This document shows, piece by piece, positions 38,091 through 46,903 of a stretch of DNA of 64,000 bases. The stretch spans positions 1,024,001 through 1,088,000 of the forward strand of contig OZ255842.1 of NCBI GenBank assembly GCA_965277805.1, in the 5' to 3' direction. Under the pieces are notes generated by a model. That model saw only the letters and a program-made list of their open reading frames with translations. It was not told the DNA's origin and ran no database searches. Each line of letters opens with the position of its first letter. Positions within the stretch are counted from its first letter, which is position 1. Made by a program: the position numbers and the translations under genes. The DNA is from Candidatus Lustribacter sp. Its GTDB lineage: Bacteria > Vulcanimicrobiota > Vulcanimicrobiia > Vulcanimicrobiales > Vulcanimicrobiaceae.

Positions 38091-39215
38091 CTAAGCGGGA
38101 CGCGTTTCTTGACGGAACGGTTTGCGCAGCCCGGCCTGTTCGAGAAGCGGCAACACACCGCTGATGAACGCGGGCAGGCCCGCTTCGACATCGATCCAGG
38201 TACAGAGCACGCCGTCGATCCCGACGTTGCGCAGATCGCGGAAGCGTTCGACGATCACTTCGGGGGTGCCGACCAGCGGATAACCGCCGAGCCCGGCCAC
38301 CCAGCGCTTCGACATGCGAGCGCGCTGATCGTCGGTCATGCCTTGCGTGTGTTCGCGATTGATGCGCGTCCAGTTGGCGAGCTTCTCCGTGTCGGCGTTC
38401 GCGAGCAGAAATGACTCATAGGCGTCGGCCTCGGCTTGCGTGTCGCGCTGGATCACGTAGCCCGACGTCCAGACCTGCAACTCGCGCTTGTACTCCCGCC
38501 ACGCGAGATCGCGATACGCCGCGATCTGTGCGCGGTGTTCGTTCGCATCGTCACCCTTGAGGCTGACGAAGCACATATCCGAATACTTGGCGGCAAACTC
38601 GCGGCCGGTTTGCGATCCGCCGGCGTTCATGATCGGTGGAAACGGCGTCTGGACCGGCTTCGGCCACGACGACCCGCGCACGATGCGATAGAAGCGCCCC
38701 TCGAAGTCGAACTCGTCCTCTTCAGTCCACAGCCGCTTGCAGATGTCGATCCACTCCGCGGCTTGCGCATACCGGTCCGCGTGCTCTTTCATCTCGAAAC
38801 CGAACATGTCGAACTCGGGCTTGTTCCAACCCGCGACGATGTTCAGCGCAAACCGCCCGTTGGTGATGTGATCGACCGTGACGCACTGCTTCGCCGCGAC
38901 GATCGGGTGAACGACCGGAACGTGCGAGGTGGAGAAGATCGTCGCGGAGCGCGTCGCCGCGCCGAGCCCGGCCGCCCACGTATAGGGTTCGAGCACGCCG
39001 TGCTTTTCGAGCGGCGCGCTGATCGGCGCCGTGCTCTTCCAGCGCGCGTAAGGGACGATCGCCTCGAAGCCGGCCGCGTCGGCGAGCTGTGCGGCGTTGA
39101 GCGTGCGGGGCCAGGTGACGTAGTACTTATCGGGCAGCGCGACCATGTTGCCCCCGTTGCCGTTGAGCGAGAACGTCCCGAGTTTGATCTGGTTATCGTC
39201 GAAGAGCCGGTTCAC
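38091..39215 (-). CDS. LLM-class flavin-dependent monooxygenase (SfnG/RutA-like)
   Basis: ADAAGFE..PYARW, VDHITNGRFALNIVAGW..EF, MNAGGS.TGREFAA. Confidence 0.9.
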   Translation of the reverse strand: MNRLFDDNQIKLGTFSLNGNGGNMVALPDKYYVTWPRTLNAAQLADAAGFEAIVPYARWKSTAPISAPLEKHGVLEPYTWAAGLGAATRSATIFSTSHVPVVHPIVAAKQCVTVDHITNGRFALNIVAGWNKPEFDMFGFEMKEHADRYAQAAEWIDICKRLWTEEDEFDFEGRFYRIVRGSSWPKPVQTPFPPIMNAGGSQTGREFAAKYSDMCFVSLKGDDANEHRAQIAAYRDLAWREYKRELQVWTSGYVIQRDTQAEADAYESFLLANADTEKLANWTRINREHTQGMTDDQRARMSKRWVAGLGGYPLVGTPEVIVERFRDLRNVGIDGVLCTWIDVEAGLPAFISGVLPLLEQAGLRKPFRQETRPA

Positions 39216-40405
39216 TTCGCGGCTACGTCGTCGAGGTGACTCGCATCGAGGTTGGGATACGAGGTGATCTCCACGTTCACGAGCTTGCCGCCGCGCTTCT
39301 CCGTGCGCCGGATGTACATCGTCTGCACGACGTCGCGCGTCTCCGGGTCGAAGGATACGTCGCCGCGTGGGCTCGCCAGATGCATCGTGCGCAGCAGTTG
39401 CATCGACTTGTCGGGATCGAGCGCTCCGTGCTGCGCCGCGGCGAGCTTGTAGATCGCATCCATCGAATCGTAAACGCTGACGGCGAGAAAATCCGGATCC
39501 GGCGGTCCGTTCGTCGCGCGGAACGCGGCCTTGAAGCGGTCGTTGATCCGTGAGGGGTGTTCGGCCGAATAGTTTCCGGCGCTCAAGACACCCGTCACGG
39601 AATCGCCCATCGAGGTGAGCTGCTCCTCACTCACCATATCCATCGTTGCGAGCACCTTTACGCCCGCCACATCGAGCCCAGCCGACCGGAACGCGCGCAT
39701 GAACGAGGCGCCGTGGCCCGTACCGTTGATCAGCGCGGCGTACACGGCTTGCGGCGCCGCATCCTTGACCCGTTGCACGTACGCGGAGAAGTCGATCGTG
39801 TTCGCCGGGATGCGCACCTCACCGAGAATCTTGCCGTTGCCGGCCGTGAACGCGCGCTCGAACGCCGTCGCCGCATCGATGCCGCCGCCGTTGTCGACGC
39901 AAACGACGTACGCGGTCGCGATCTTGTTCTGCAGCGCCCACTTCGCCAGCGGCACCGCTTGCTGCGGCCCGGTAAATCCGAGCCGCGCCGAGTACGGCAG
40001 CTTCATGGTGAGGCCGGGCGACGTCGGCCCGGTCATGAGATACGGCACTTTAGCTTGCGTTGACACGTCGCCCATCGCCAGCGCATTGGCTGAATACATT
40101 CCGCCGACGAGAAAATCAACGTGCTCTTGCAAGACGAGCTCTTGCGCGTTGCGCTTGCTGACCTCCGGAACGGGCCCTTGCTCATCGCGCCGCACGACGA
40201 CGACCTTGCGACCCGCCACCGTGTCGCCGTGGAGCGCGATATACGCAGCAACCGCGCTGTCCGCGCCTTGTCCAACGAGCATTTCCGTGCCGGAATACAG
40301 GCTCGTCAAACCGATCTTCAGCGGCGGCTGATCCGCAGCAGCGCCTTCGATGACAAGCGAAAAGGCAAGCGCTACGAGCGTTGCAAGACGAAAGCTACCG
40401 AGCAT
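39212..40405 (-). CDS. LivJ/type-1 PBP solute-binding protein (aromatic-acid-binding type)
   Basis: GDTVAGRKV..RDE.GP.PEV..AQELV, DFSAYVQR, SPRG...DPETRDVVQ. Confidence 0.85.
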   Translation of the reverse strand: MLGSFRLATLVALAFSLVIEGAAADQPPLKIGLTSLYSGTEMLVGQGADSAVAAYIALHGDTVAGRKVVVVRRDEQGPVPEVSKRNAQELVLQEHVDFLVGGMYSANALAMGDVSTQAKVPYLMTGPTSPGLTMKLPYSARLGFTGPQQAVPLAKWALQNKIATAYVVCVDNGGGIDAATAFERAFTAGNGKILGEVRIPANTIDFSAYVQRVKDAAPQAVYAALINGTGHGASFMRAFRSAGLDVAGVKVLATMDMVSEEQLTSMGDSVTGVLSAGNYSAEHPSRINDRFKAAFRATNGPPDPDFLAVSVYDSMDAIYKLAAAQHGALDPDKSMQLLRTMHLASPRGDVSFDPETRDVVQTMYIRRTEKRGGKLVNVEITSYPNLDASHLDDVAAK

Positions 40406-40460
40406 GTGGCCGCGCTTCTTCGAACGCGTGTAGCATCCTGGATGCGGGGTACCAGGAAGT

Positions 40461-40940
40461 ATGCAAACTTCCGTCCACACCGATCCCCCGGTTGCCAACG
40501 GAGCGCCGGCGCAGACGAACCCGAAGACGATCGTCACGCAGCTGAACAAGTTGCTCGAGATGGAACTCTCCGGCGTGACGCGCTATTTGCACTACAGTTT
40601 CATGGTGTTCGGCGCCAACCGCATCCCGATCGTCGCGTGGTTCCGCGAACAAGCCAACGAAGGCGTCGCACATTCCGTGCTCGTCGGCGAAAAGATCACG
40701 GCCTACAACGGCGAGCCCAGTGTGGCCGTACGCCCCGTCCCGACGACACGCCACCAGAGCCTGCGCGCGATGCTCGAAGAGAGCAGCGTTTTCGAACGCG
40801 AGAGCCTCGGCGAATACGTCAACCTCCTCAACATGTCCAACGGCGACATCGCCCTCGAGGAATTCGCCCGCACGCAAATCCTCGCCGAAACCGAACACCT
40901 AGAAGAAGTAGACAAAATGCTCCGAGGCATGCCGAAGTAG
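40461..40940 (+). CDS. Bacterioferritin-family protein
   Basis: ELSGVTRY.HY, EGVAH, E...Y, ETEH ferroxidase-type ligands; no obvious heme-ligand Met. Confidence 0.8.
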   Translation: MQTSVHTDPPVANGAPAQTNPKTIVTQLNKLLEMELSGVTRYLHYSFMVFGANRIPIVAWFREQANEGVAHSVLVGEKITAYNGEPSVAVRPVPTTRHQSLRAMLEESSVFERESLGEYVNLLNMSNGDIALEEFARTQILAETEHLEEVDKMLRGMPK

Positions 40941-40965
40941 CGACCACGATATGACCGTGGGGGGA

Positions 40966-41967
40966 CTAGACGGTTCGTTTTGCGGTTGAGTTGAACAGCG
41001 CCGCTAGCCGCCCGTCGCGGTCGAGTTTTTGTGAAGCCGAAATTGCATTCGCTTCATCGATGTATGCAAGGCACGCTTCGTCGGCGGCATCGCGCGCCCC
41101 AAGACGCTCCAACGCCGCGATCACGCGGTTCGCGTGCGCTTCCTCGAGCATGCCGATCGTCGCGTAGGCTTCCGCAACGATCGTACGATCCGCCGACTCC
41201 GGCTGCGCAAGCGCCCACGCCACCGGAAACGACCACTTGCGCCGCCGGATATCCGCGCCGCTGGGCTTGCCGGTTTCCTCCGGACGCCCCCACGTCCCAA
41301 GCACGTCATCGCGCACCTGAAACGCCAGCCCATACGCGCGCCCGACGCTGCTATACGCGGCCGCCCGTTCTTCCGACACCCCCGCCGCCCACGCACCGAG
41401 TTCACACGCCACCGCCAGCAGCGCCGCGGTCTTGCCTTCGATCATCCGCACGTACTCATCGAACGTCACGAACGTCGCGGTCTCGAACCCGATATCGAAC
41501 GCCTGACCCTCGCACATGCGAAAGTGCGCCTGTTGCAGACAGCGCATCATCGCTGCTTGCGTCTGCGGCGGCAAATCGCGCGAGCCGTCGACGAGCGTCA
41601 GATACGCCAGCGCCGACATCGCATCGCCCGCCACGAGCGCCGCGCGCACGCCGTGCCGCGTCCACAACGTCGGCCGCCCATGGCGCATCTCATCGCCGTC
41701 CTCGATGTCGTCGTGGATCAGCGAGAAGTTGTGCAGCAACTCCAGCGCCGCCGCAGCGCCCAGCGCCACGGTGCCGTCGCAGCCTTCGCTTTCCGCAACC
41801 GTGAGCAGAATTTGCGGACGCAAACGCTTGCCGCGTTTGGCGTTCGGATCGTCGAGCCCGAAGTGCTCGCGGATCAGCGGACCGTTGGCGTTGCCGGCCG
41901 CTGCGCCGTCGAGCACCGATTCGAGGTAGCCCTCGAACTGCTCGAACGACGGCGAGCGAACGAGCAC
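40966..41967 (-). CDS. Polyprenyl diphosphate (FPP/GGPP) synthase
   Basis: GKRLRP, LIHDDIED..RHGRPT, EGKT, FQVRDDVLG. Confidence 0.93.
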   Translation of the reverse strand: MLVRSPSFEQFEGYLESVLDGAAAGNANGPLIREHFGLDDPNAKRGKRLRPQILLTVAESEGCDGTVALGAAAALELLHNFSLIHDDIEDGDEMRHGRPTLWTRHGVRAALVAGDAMSALAYLTLVDGSRDLPPQTQAAMMRCLQQAHFRMCEGQAFDIGFETATFVTFDEYVRMIEGKTAALLAVACELGAWAAGVSEERAAAYSSVGRAYGLAFQVRDDVLGTWGRPEETGKPSGADIRRRKWSFPVAWALAQPESADRTIVAEAYATIGMLEEAHANRVIAALERLGARDAADEACLAYIDEANAISASQKLDRDGRLAALFNSTAKRTV

Positions 41968-41971
41968 GGGT

Positions 41972-42991
41972 TTACTTCGCGAAGACGGTGCGGATCGAAC
42001 CGATGATATTCGACGGCCGCATCATGTCGGCCGCAGCGGTCGCTTCGAAGCCCGAATGCACCATGCAGTCTTCGCACTTCTTGTTGCCGCTCTTGTGGCC
42101 GTACTTTTCCCACTCGGTCGTTTCGAGCAGCTCTTTGTAGCTCGACGCGTAGCCTTCACCGAGCAGATAGCACGGCTTCTGCCAGCCGAAGAGGCTGTAG
42201 CTGGGCATGCCCCACGGCGTGCAGTCGTACTCTTTCTCACCGGTGAGGAAGTCGAGGAAGAACGGGCTCGCGTTGAACTCCCATTTCTTCTTGCCGGCTT
42301 TGTACGGCGCGAGAATACCGCGGAAGAGCTGACGCGTTTCTTCGACCGCCAGGAAGTGATCCTGATCGGGCGCCTTCTCGTAGCGGTAGCCGGGCGAGAG
42401 TTGCATGCCGTCGACGTGCAGTTCGTCCGTGACGAAGTCGAAGAACGCGTGGAAATCTTCCGGCTGCGAGCCTTCGAAAATCGTCGTGTTCGTGTAGACG
42501 CGGAAGCCCTTGGCCTTGGCCGCGCGAATCGCTTTGATCGCGATGTCGTAGGTGCCCGGACGCGCAACCGCTTCGTCGTGAATGTGCTGCGGGCCGTCGA
42601 GATGGATGTTGAAGCCGAAGTAGTCCGACGGCGTGAACTTATCGAGGCTCGCTTCCAAGCGCAGCGCGTTCGTGCAGAGGTAGACGAACTTCTTGCGCGC
42701 GATCAGACCTTCGACGATCTCTTGAATTTGCGGATGTAGCAACGGCTCGCCGCCCGGGATCGCGACCACGGGTGCGCCGCATTCATCCACCGCTTCGAAG
42801 CACTTCTCTGGCGAGAGGTGCTGACGCAGAATTTCCACCGGGTGCTGGATCTTGCCGCAACCGCTGCAAGCGAGGTTGCAGCGGAATAACGGCTCCAGCA
42901 TGAGCACGAGCGGATACCGCTTCTTGCCCATGAGCCGCTGCCGTACCACGTACGACCCGACCGCGATTGCCTGCTTGAGTGCGATTGCCAC
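41972..42991 (-). CDS. hpnH: Adenosylhopane synthase, radical SAM
   Basis: [48 protein letters not shown]. Confidence 0.96.
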   Translation of the reverse strand: MAIALKQAIAVGSYVVRQRLMGKKRYPLVLMLEPLFRCNLACSGCGKIQHPVEILRQHLSPEKCFEAVDECGAPVVAIPGGEPLLHPQIQEIVEGLIARKKFVYLCTNALRLEASLDKFTPSDYFGFNIHLDGPQHIHDEAVARPGTYDIAIKAIRAAKAKGFRVYTNTTIFEGSQPEDFHAFFDFVTDELHVDGMQLSPGYRYEKAPDQDHFLAVEETRQLFRGILAPYKAGKKKWEFNASPFFLDFLTGEKEYDCTPWGMPSYSLFGWQKPCYLLGEGYASSYKELLETTEWEKYGHKSGNKKCEDCMVHSGFEATAAADMMRPSNIIGSIRTVFAK

Positions 42992-43990
42992 TTATGTCTC
43001 CAAAACGTGTGAATTGAGGTAGCCGTGCTCTTGAAACCAGGTAACCGCGTCGGATAACGCGCGGGTTACGGGTGCCGGCGTGAGCCCCAAGATTGCTGTA
43101 GCTTTCGCGGTGTCGTAGTACATTCGCTGCTTGGCCATCCGAACGCCCTCGAACGGCACGTCGGCGGGCGCGCCGAGTGGCGCCAGGGCGAACTCGCCCA
43201 CGGCCGCGTAGGCCAACCCGACAAAAGGCGGCAGCCGAACCGTCGGTGCCGGGCGGCCCGTGAGCGCGCTCAGGCGTTCGAGCAGGCCGCGCAGCGTCAT
43301 GTTCTCGTTGCCGAGGATGTAGCGCTCGCCCGTCCGGCCGCGCTCGTAGGCCAGGATGTGTCCCGTCGCCACATCGCGCACGTCGACGATGTTAAGCCCG
43401 GTATCCATGTATGCCGGCATCTTGCCGGTGCAGAAGCGCACTACGATGTCGCCGGTCGGCGTCGGTTTCGCATCCCACGGCCCGATCGGCGTCGAAGGAT
43501 TCACGACGACGACGTCTTGCCCATCGGCAACCGCTCGCTGCACGAGCACCTCGCCGTCGTACTTCGAGCGCTTGTATGCGCCGACCAGCGCCTCGCGTTC
43601 GCTCTGATACTGCTCGTTGGCCGGTTCGCCGTCGGCACGCACGCCGATCGCCGCGACCGAACTCGTGTGCACCACGCGCGGCACGCCGGCCCGCCGCGCG
43701 GCGTTGAGCACGAGCCGCGTGCCCTCGACGTTCACCCGCATCACTTCGTTGCGATCGCGCCGCCACAAACTATAGAAGGCCGCAACGTGAAACACCACAT
43801 CGCAGCCCTTCATCGCATCGCTCAGCGTGGGCGAAAACAAATCCCCGGTCACGCGTTCGATCCCGAGCCCCTCGAGCGATGGTGCGGCGCCGCGGATCAG
43901 TGCCCGCACGGTCCAATTCCGATCTAGCAGCGCCCGGGCCAGATTCGCACCCACGAACCCGGACGCGCCGGTGATGAACGCGGTGGGCAG
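42992..43990 (-). CDS. hpnA: Hopanoid-associated NAD-dependent epimerase/dehydratase; probable CTG start
   Basis: ITGASGFVG, HVAA.Y.LW, YKRSK, TPIGPWDAKPTPTG; the Rossmann motif lies upstream of the first GTG. Confidence 0.9.
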   Translation of the reverse strand: MPTAFITGASGFVGANLARALLDRNWTVRALIRGAAPSLEGLGIERVTGDLFSPTLSDAMKGCDVVFHVAAFYSLWRRDRNEVMRVNVEGTRLVLNAARRAGVPRVVHTSSVAAIGVRADGEPANEQYQSEREALVGAYKRSKYDGEVLVQRAVADGQDVVVVNPSTPIGPWDAKPTPTGDIVVRFCTGKMPAYMDTGLNIVDVRDVATGHILAYERGRTGERYILGNENMTLRGLLERLSALTGRPAPTVRLPPFVGLAYAAVGEFALAPLGAPADVPFEGVRMAKQRMYYDTAKATAILGLTPAPVTRALSDAVTWFQEHGYLNSHVLET

Positions 43991-43993
43991 TGC

Positions 43994-45037
43994 CTACCTC
44001 CGGCTAAAGTCGAAGGGCCGTTCGCGCACGCGATCGACGAGCCAGCGCAACGAATAGTTCGTCAAGGTCGAGGTCGACGCGGCGAAGATCAGCGCTTTCA
44101 CTTCGTTGCGCGAGATCTTGACGTTGCCGCCCGGGACGAGCATCGCGTCGGACTGGGCGATCTCGCGCATCGTCGCCACGGCGAAGAGCACCGGCAGCAC
44201 GCAGAAGAGCCGGATGCGCACGGCCATCAGCGGCAGGTTCTCGATGTAGCGCAGCGAGCGTTCGATGTCGTCCTGCGCGATCGCGCACAACGGATCGAGG
44301 GCCGCGCGGCTCTGCGCCCGGCGCTCGGGGTCCAACAGCAACTCGTGCGTGCTGCCTTGCGCCGCGAGCAGTTCCGACGGCACGTAGATCGAGTTTTCTT
44401 GCTCGGCATCCCACGCGATGTCTTTGAGGATGTTCACCGACTGCAGCGCTTCGCCGAACGGCTCGCAATCCGCGAGCAGCTTCGTGTAGACGCGCTGGTC
44501 GACGGCGCTCGAATGATGGTGCCAGAGATCGGTGAGCAGATGGCCCACGGTGCCGGCCACGTAGTAACAGTATTGGTGGAACTCGGGCACCGAGGCGATG
44601 CGGATGCCGTCCGGGTGTTCGACGACGAACTGCCGCATGCCGCGCACCATTTCGGCGATCCACTTCCGTAGGATGTCTTGCGTGCGAACGTCGAGGTTAC
44701 GGTAGAGCGCGAAGACTTCGCCGGTCGCGGCGACCAGGTCGAGGTACTCTTCGTTGCTGGTCAACTCGTGGATCGTATCGCCGTAGGCGTCGGCGCGGTG
44801 CGGGTCATCGAAGCACTCGAGGAAGAGGTCGAGCAGTTCGGCCTTCCGCGCGGCGGACAAGGCCAGATCGTCTTCGACCGTATCGGCGATGCGGCAGAAG
44901 AGATAGCCCAACCGCACCGGCATCTCGAGACGAGAGGGCAGCAGTTTAATTCCGAGCGCGAACGTCCGTGAGACCTTCGGCAGCATCTCCCGGGTGTGCC
45001 GGTCGATGTCGATGACGGAGTTGTTCTCAAGCAGCAT
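43994..45037 (-). CDS. Squalene synthase (single-enzyme SQS type)
   Basis: VSRTFAL, CRIADTVEDD, YCYYVAGTVG, LQSVNILKDI..D, FCVLP..A.AT. Confidence 0.85.
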   Translation of the reverse strand: MLLENNSVIDIDRHTREMLPKVSRTFALGIKLLPSRLEMPVRLGYLFCRIADTVEDDLALSAARKAELLDLFLECFDDPHRADAYGDTIHELTSNEEYLDLVAATGEVFALYRNLDVRTQDILRKWIAEMVRGMRQFVVEHPDGIRIASVPEFHQYCYYVAGTVGHLLTDLWHHHSSAVDQRVYTKLLADCEPFGEALQSVNILKDIAWDAEQENSIYVPSELLAAQGSTHELLLDPERRAQSRAALDPLCAIAQDDIERSLRYIENLPLMAVRIRLFCVLPVLFAVATMREIAQSDAMLVPGGNVKISRNEVKALIFAASTSTLTNYSLRWLVDRVRERPFDFSRR

Positions 45038-45245
45038 TACTCGGTGAAAAATTCTCCCATTGAAGGTCACGTATCGCGTCTGCGGGCGTGCCTTCGCGTG
45101 CGGCCACCGGCTGTTAGGCCTACCAAGGACGGTTCTCGAACATCGGTTTCAGCGTTTGTAAAAATATCCTCGGTTTCTCACCGTACGCCAAGGTACGGCA
45201 ACGCCGCGGCAGGAGGAAGGAGTGCCCGCCGGACAAGGTCTCTCC

Positions 45246-46190
45246 ATGGCCGTTAAAGCGGATTCACTCCAAGATCTCTACGCGACGGTCGCGCCGCAGA
45301 ATTTCGGCCCCGGCTGGAACAAGCCGACGCCCTCACTGTGGCCCCAGCCGCTCAAACACTATGTCCCCGCGCATTGGGCCTACCGAAACGGTCACGATGC
45401 GCTCGAACGCGCCGGGCGGCTGATCGGAACGGAGCTCGCGGAACGCCGTAATCTGATCATGGCGAACCCGCTCGAGGGCAACACCTACAACACGAGCGCC
45501 ACGCTGATCACGGCCTACCAGATGCTGCTGCCGGGCGAGCACGCGCGCTCGCACCGTCACATGCCCAACGCCTTGCGCCTGATCGTCGAGGCCGACGAGG
45601 GCGCCTACACGATCGTCAATGGCGAGAAGATCATGATGCTGCCCGGCGACGTGGTGCTCACCCCGTCGTGGATGTGGCACGGTCACGGCAATTCTGGGAA
45701 AATCCCGGCCTACTGGATCGATTACCTCGACGTGCCGATGGTCCAGTCGCTCGAGCCGATGTTCTTCGAAGATCACCCGAAGGGCTTCGAGGACGATGCC
45801 GTGCCGTCGAACGCCTCCCCGCTGCGCTTCACGTGGCCCTGGATCGAGGCGCGCCTCAACGAGGCGAAGGCCGACCCGCAAGGCCGCCTCGGCCGTCAGG
45901 TCACCCTCGACACGCCGTCTCTGAAGACGATCCGCCTGCACATGAACGCGCACGCCGCCGGATCGAAAACCACGCCCTACCAGACGACGGCGTCCAACAT
46001 CTACAGCGTCGTGTCGGGCACCGGGAAAACGACGATCGACGGCACCACGTTCACGTGGGCTCCCGGCGACGTGTTCGTCGCGCCGCCGTGGCGCAGTCAC
46101 GTGCACGAGCCCGAAACGGACGCCGTGCTCTTCCGCGTCACCGACGAAGCCGCGCTCGATCTCCTGGGTTTCTTGCGGGAAGCAAACTGA
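45246..46190 (+). CDS. Gentisate 1,2-dioxygenase-family bicupin
   Basis: AERRNL, QMLLPGE.ARSHRH.PNALR, LTPSWMWHGH, LDVP. Confidence 0.9.
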   Translation: MAVKADSLQDLYATVAPQNFGPGWNKPTPSLWPQPLKHYVPAHWAYRNGHDALERAGRLIGTELAERRNLIMANPLEGNTYNTSATLITAYQMLLPGEHARSHRHMPNALRLIVEADEGAYTIVNGEKIMMLPGDVVLTPSWMWHGHGNSGKIPAYWIDYLDVPMVQSLEPMFFEDHPKGFEDDAVPSNASPLRFTWPWIEARLNEAKADPQGRLGRQVTLDTPSLKTIRLHMNAHAAGSKTTPYQTTASNIYSVVSGTGKTTIDGTTFTWAPGDVFVAPPWRSHVHEPETDAVLFRVTDEAALDLLGFLREAN

Positions 46191-46903
46191 CGGACACGCG
46201 CGTCGACGAAATCGCCGGCGGGATCTACCGCTTCTCGACGTTCAGCCCGCAGTCGGGCATCGTGTTCAACCAGTTCCTGATCGACGCGCACGAGCCGCTG
46301 CTCTTTCACACGGGCCAGAAGTGGCTCTTCCCCGCGCTGAGCGAAGCACTGGCGCGCGTCATGGATCCGGCGAAGCTGCGCTGGGTGACGTTCAGTCACT
46401 ACGAAGCGGACGAAAGCGGCGCGATGAACGAGTGGCTCGCCGTCGCGCCCGACGCCGTCATCGCGCATAGTACGATCGGCGTGCGCACCTCGATCGGCGA
46501 TCAGGCCGATCGCCCGCCGCGTGCGCTCGCCGACGGCGAGATCCTGGACCTCGGCGGTAAGCGGGTGCGCTACCTCGCGACGCCCCACGTTCCGCATGGC
46601 TGGGACGCCGGGCTCATCTACGAGGAGACGACGAAGACGCTGTTCACGAGCGATTTGTTCACCCGCCGCGGTGACGACGGCGTCTTCAGCGACGCCGACC
46701 TCATCGGCCCCGCGATGGCGTCGGAAGACCATAGCCACGCGACGTCGATTACGCCGCAAACGGCCCCGACGCTACGCCGCCTCGCTGCGCTCCCGCTGGA
46801 GACGCTGGCGATCATGCACGCGCCGGCCTATAACGGCAACGGCGGCCAGGCCCTCGAGGACCTCGCCGCCGCATATGAATCGAGACTCGCGCTCGGCGTT
46901 TAG
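46187..46903 (+). CDS. FprA/ODP-like metallo-beta-lactamase-fold protein; probable CTG start
   Basis: FNQFLI, HTG, SHYEADE, TPHVPHGW, TSDLF, MH; CTG overlaps upstream TGA. Confidence 0.85.
   Translation: MTDTRVDEIAGGIYRFSTFSPQSGIVFNQFLIDAHEPLLFHTGQKWLFPALSEALARVMDPAKLRWVTFSHYEADESGAMNEWLAVAPDAVIAHSTIGVRTSIGDQADRPPRALADGEILDLGGKRVRYLATPHVPHGWDAGLIYEETTKTLFTSDLFTRRGDDGVFSDADLIGPAMASEDHSHATSITPQTAPTLRRLAALPLETLAIMHAPAYNGNGGQALEDLAAAYESRLALGV

Noticed and set aside
10220-40960. A single integrative element between the two hopanoid blocks
   Set aside because: No integrase, transposase or matching right-hand att repeat found; host REPs occur throughout
43988-43999. Pyrrolysine or recoded TAG joining squalene synthase and hpnA
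   Set aside because: TAG is an ordinary stop in many genes here, no pyl genes are seen, and the SD spacing supports CTG initiation
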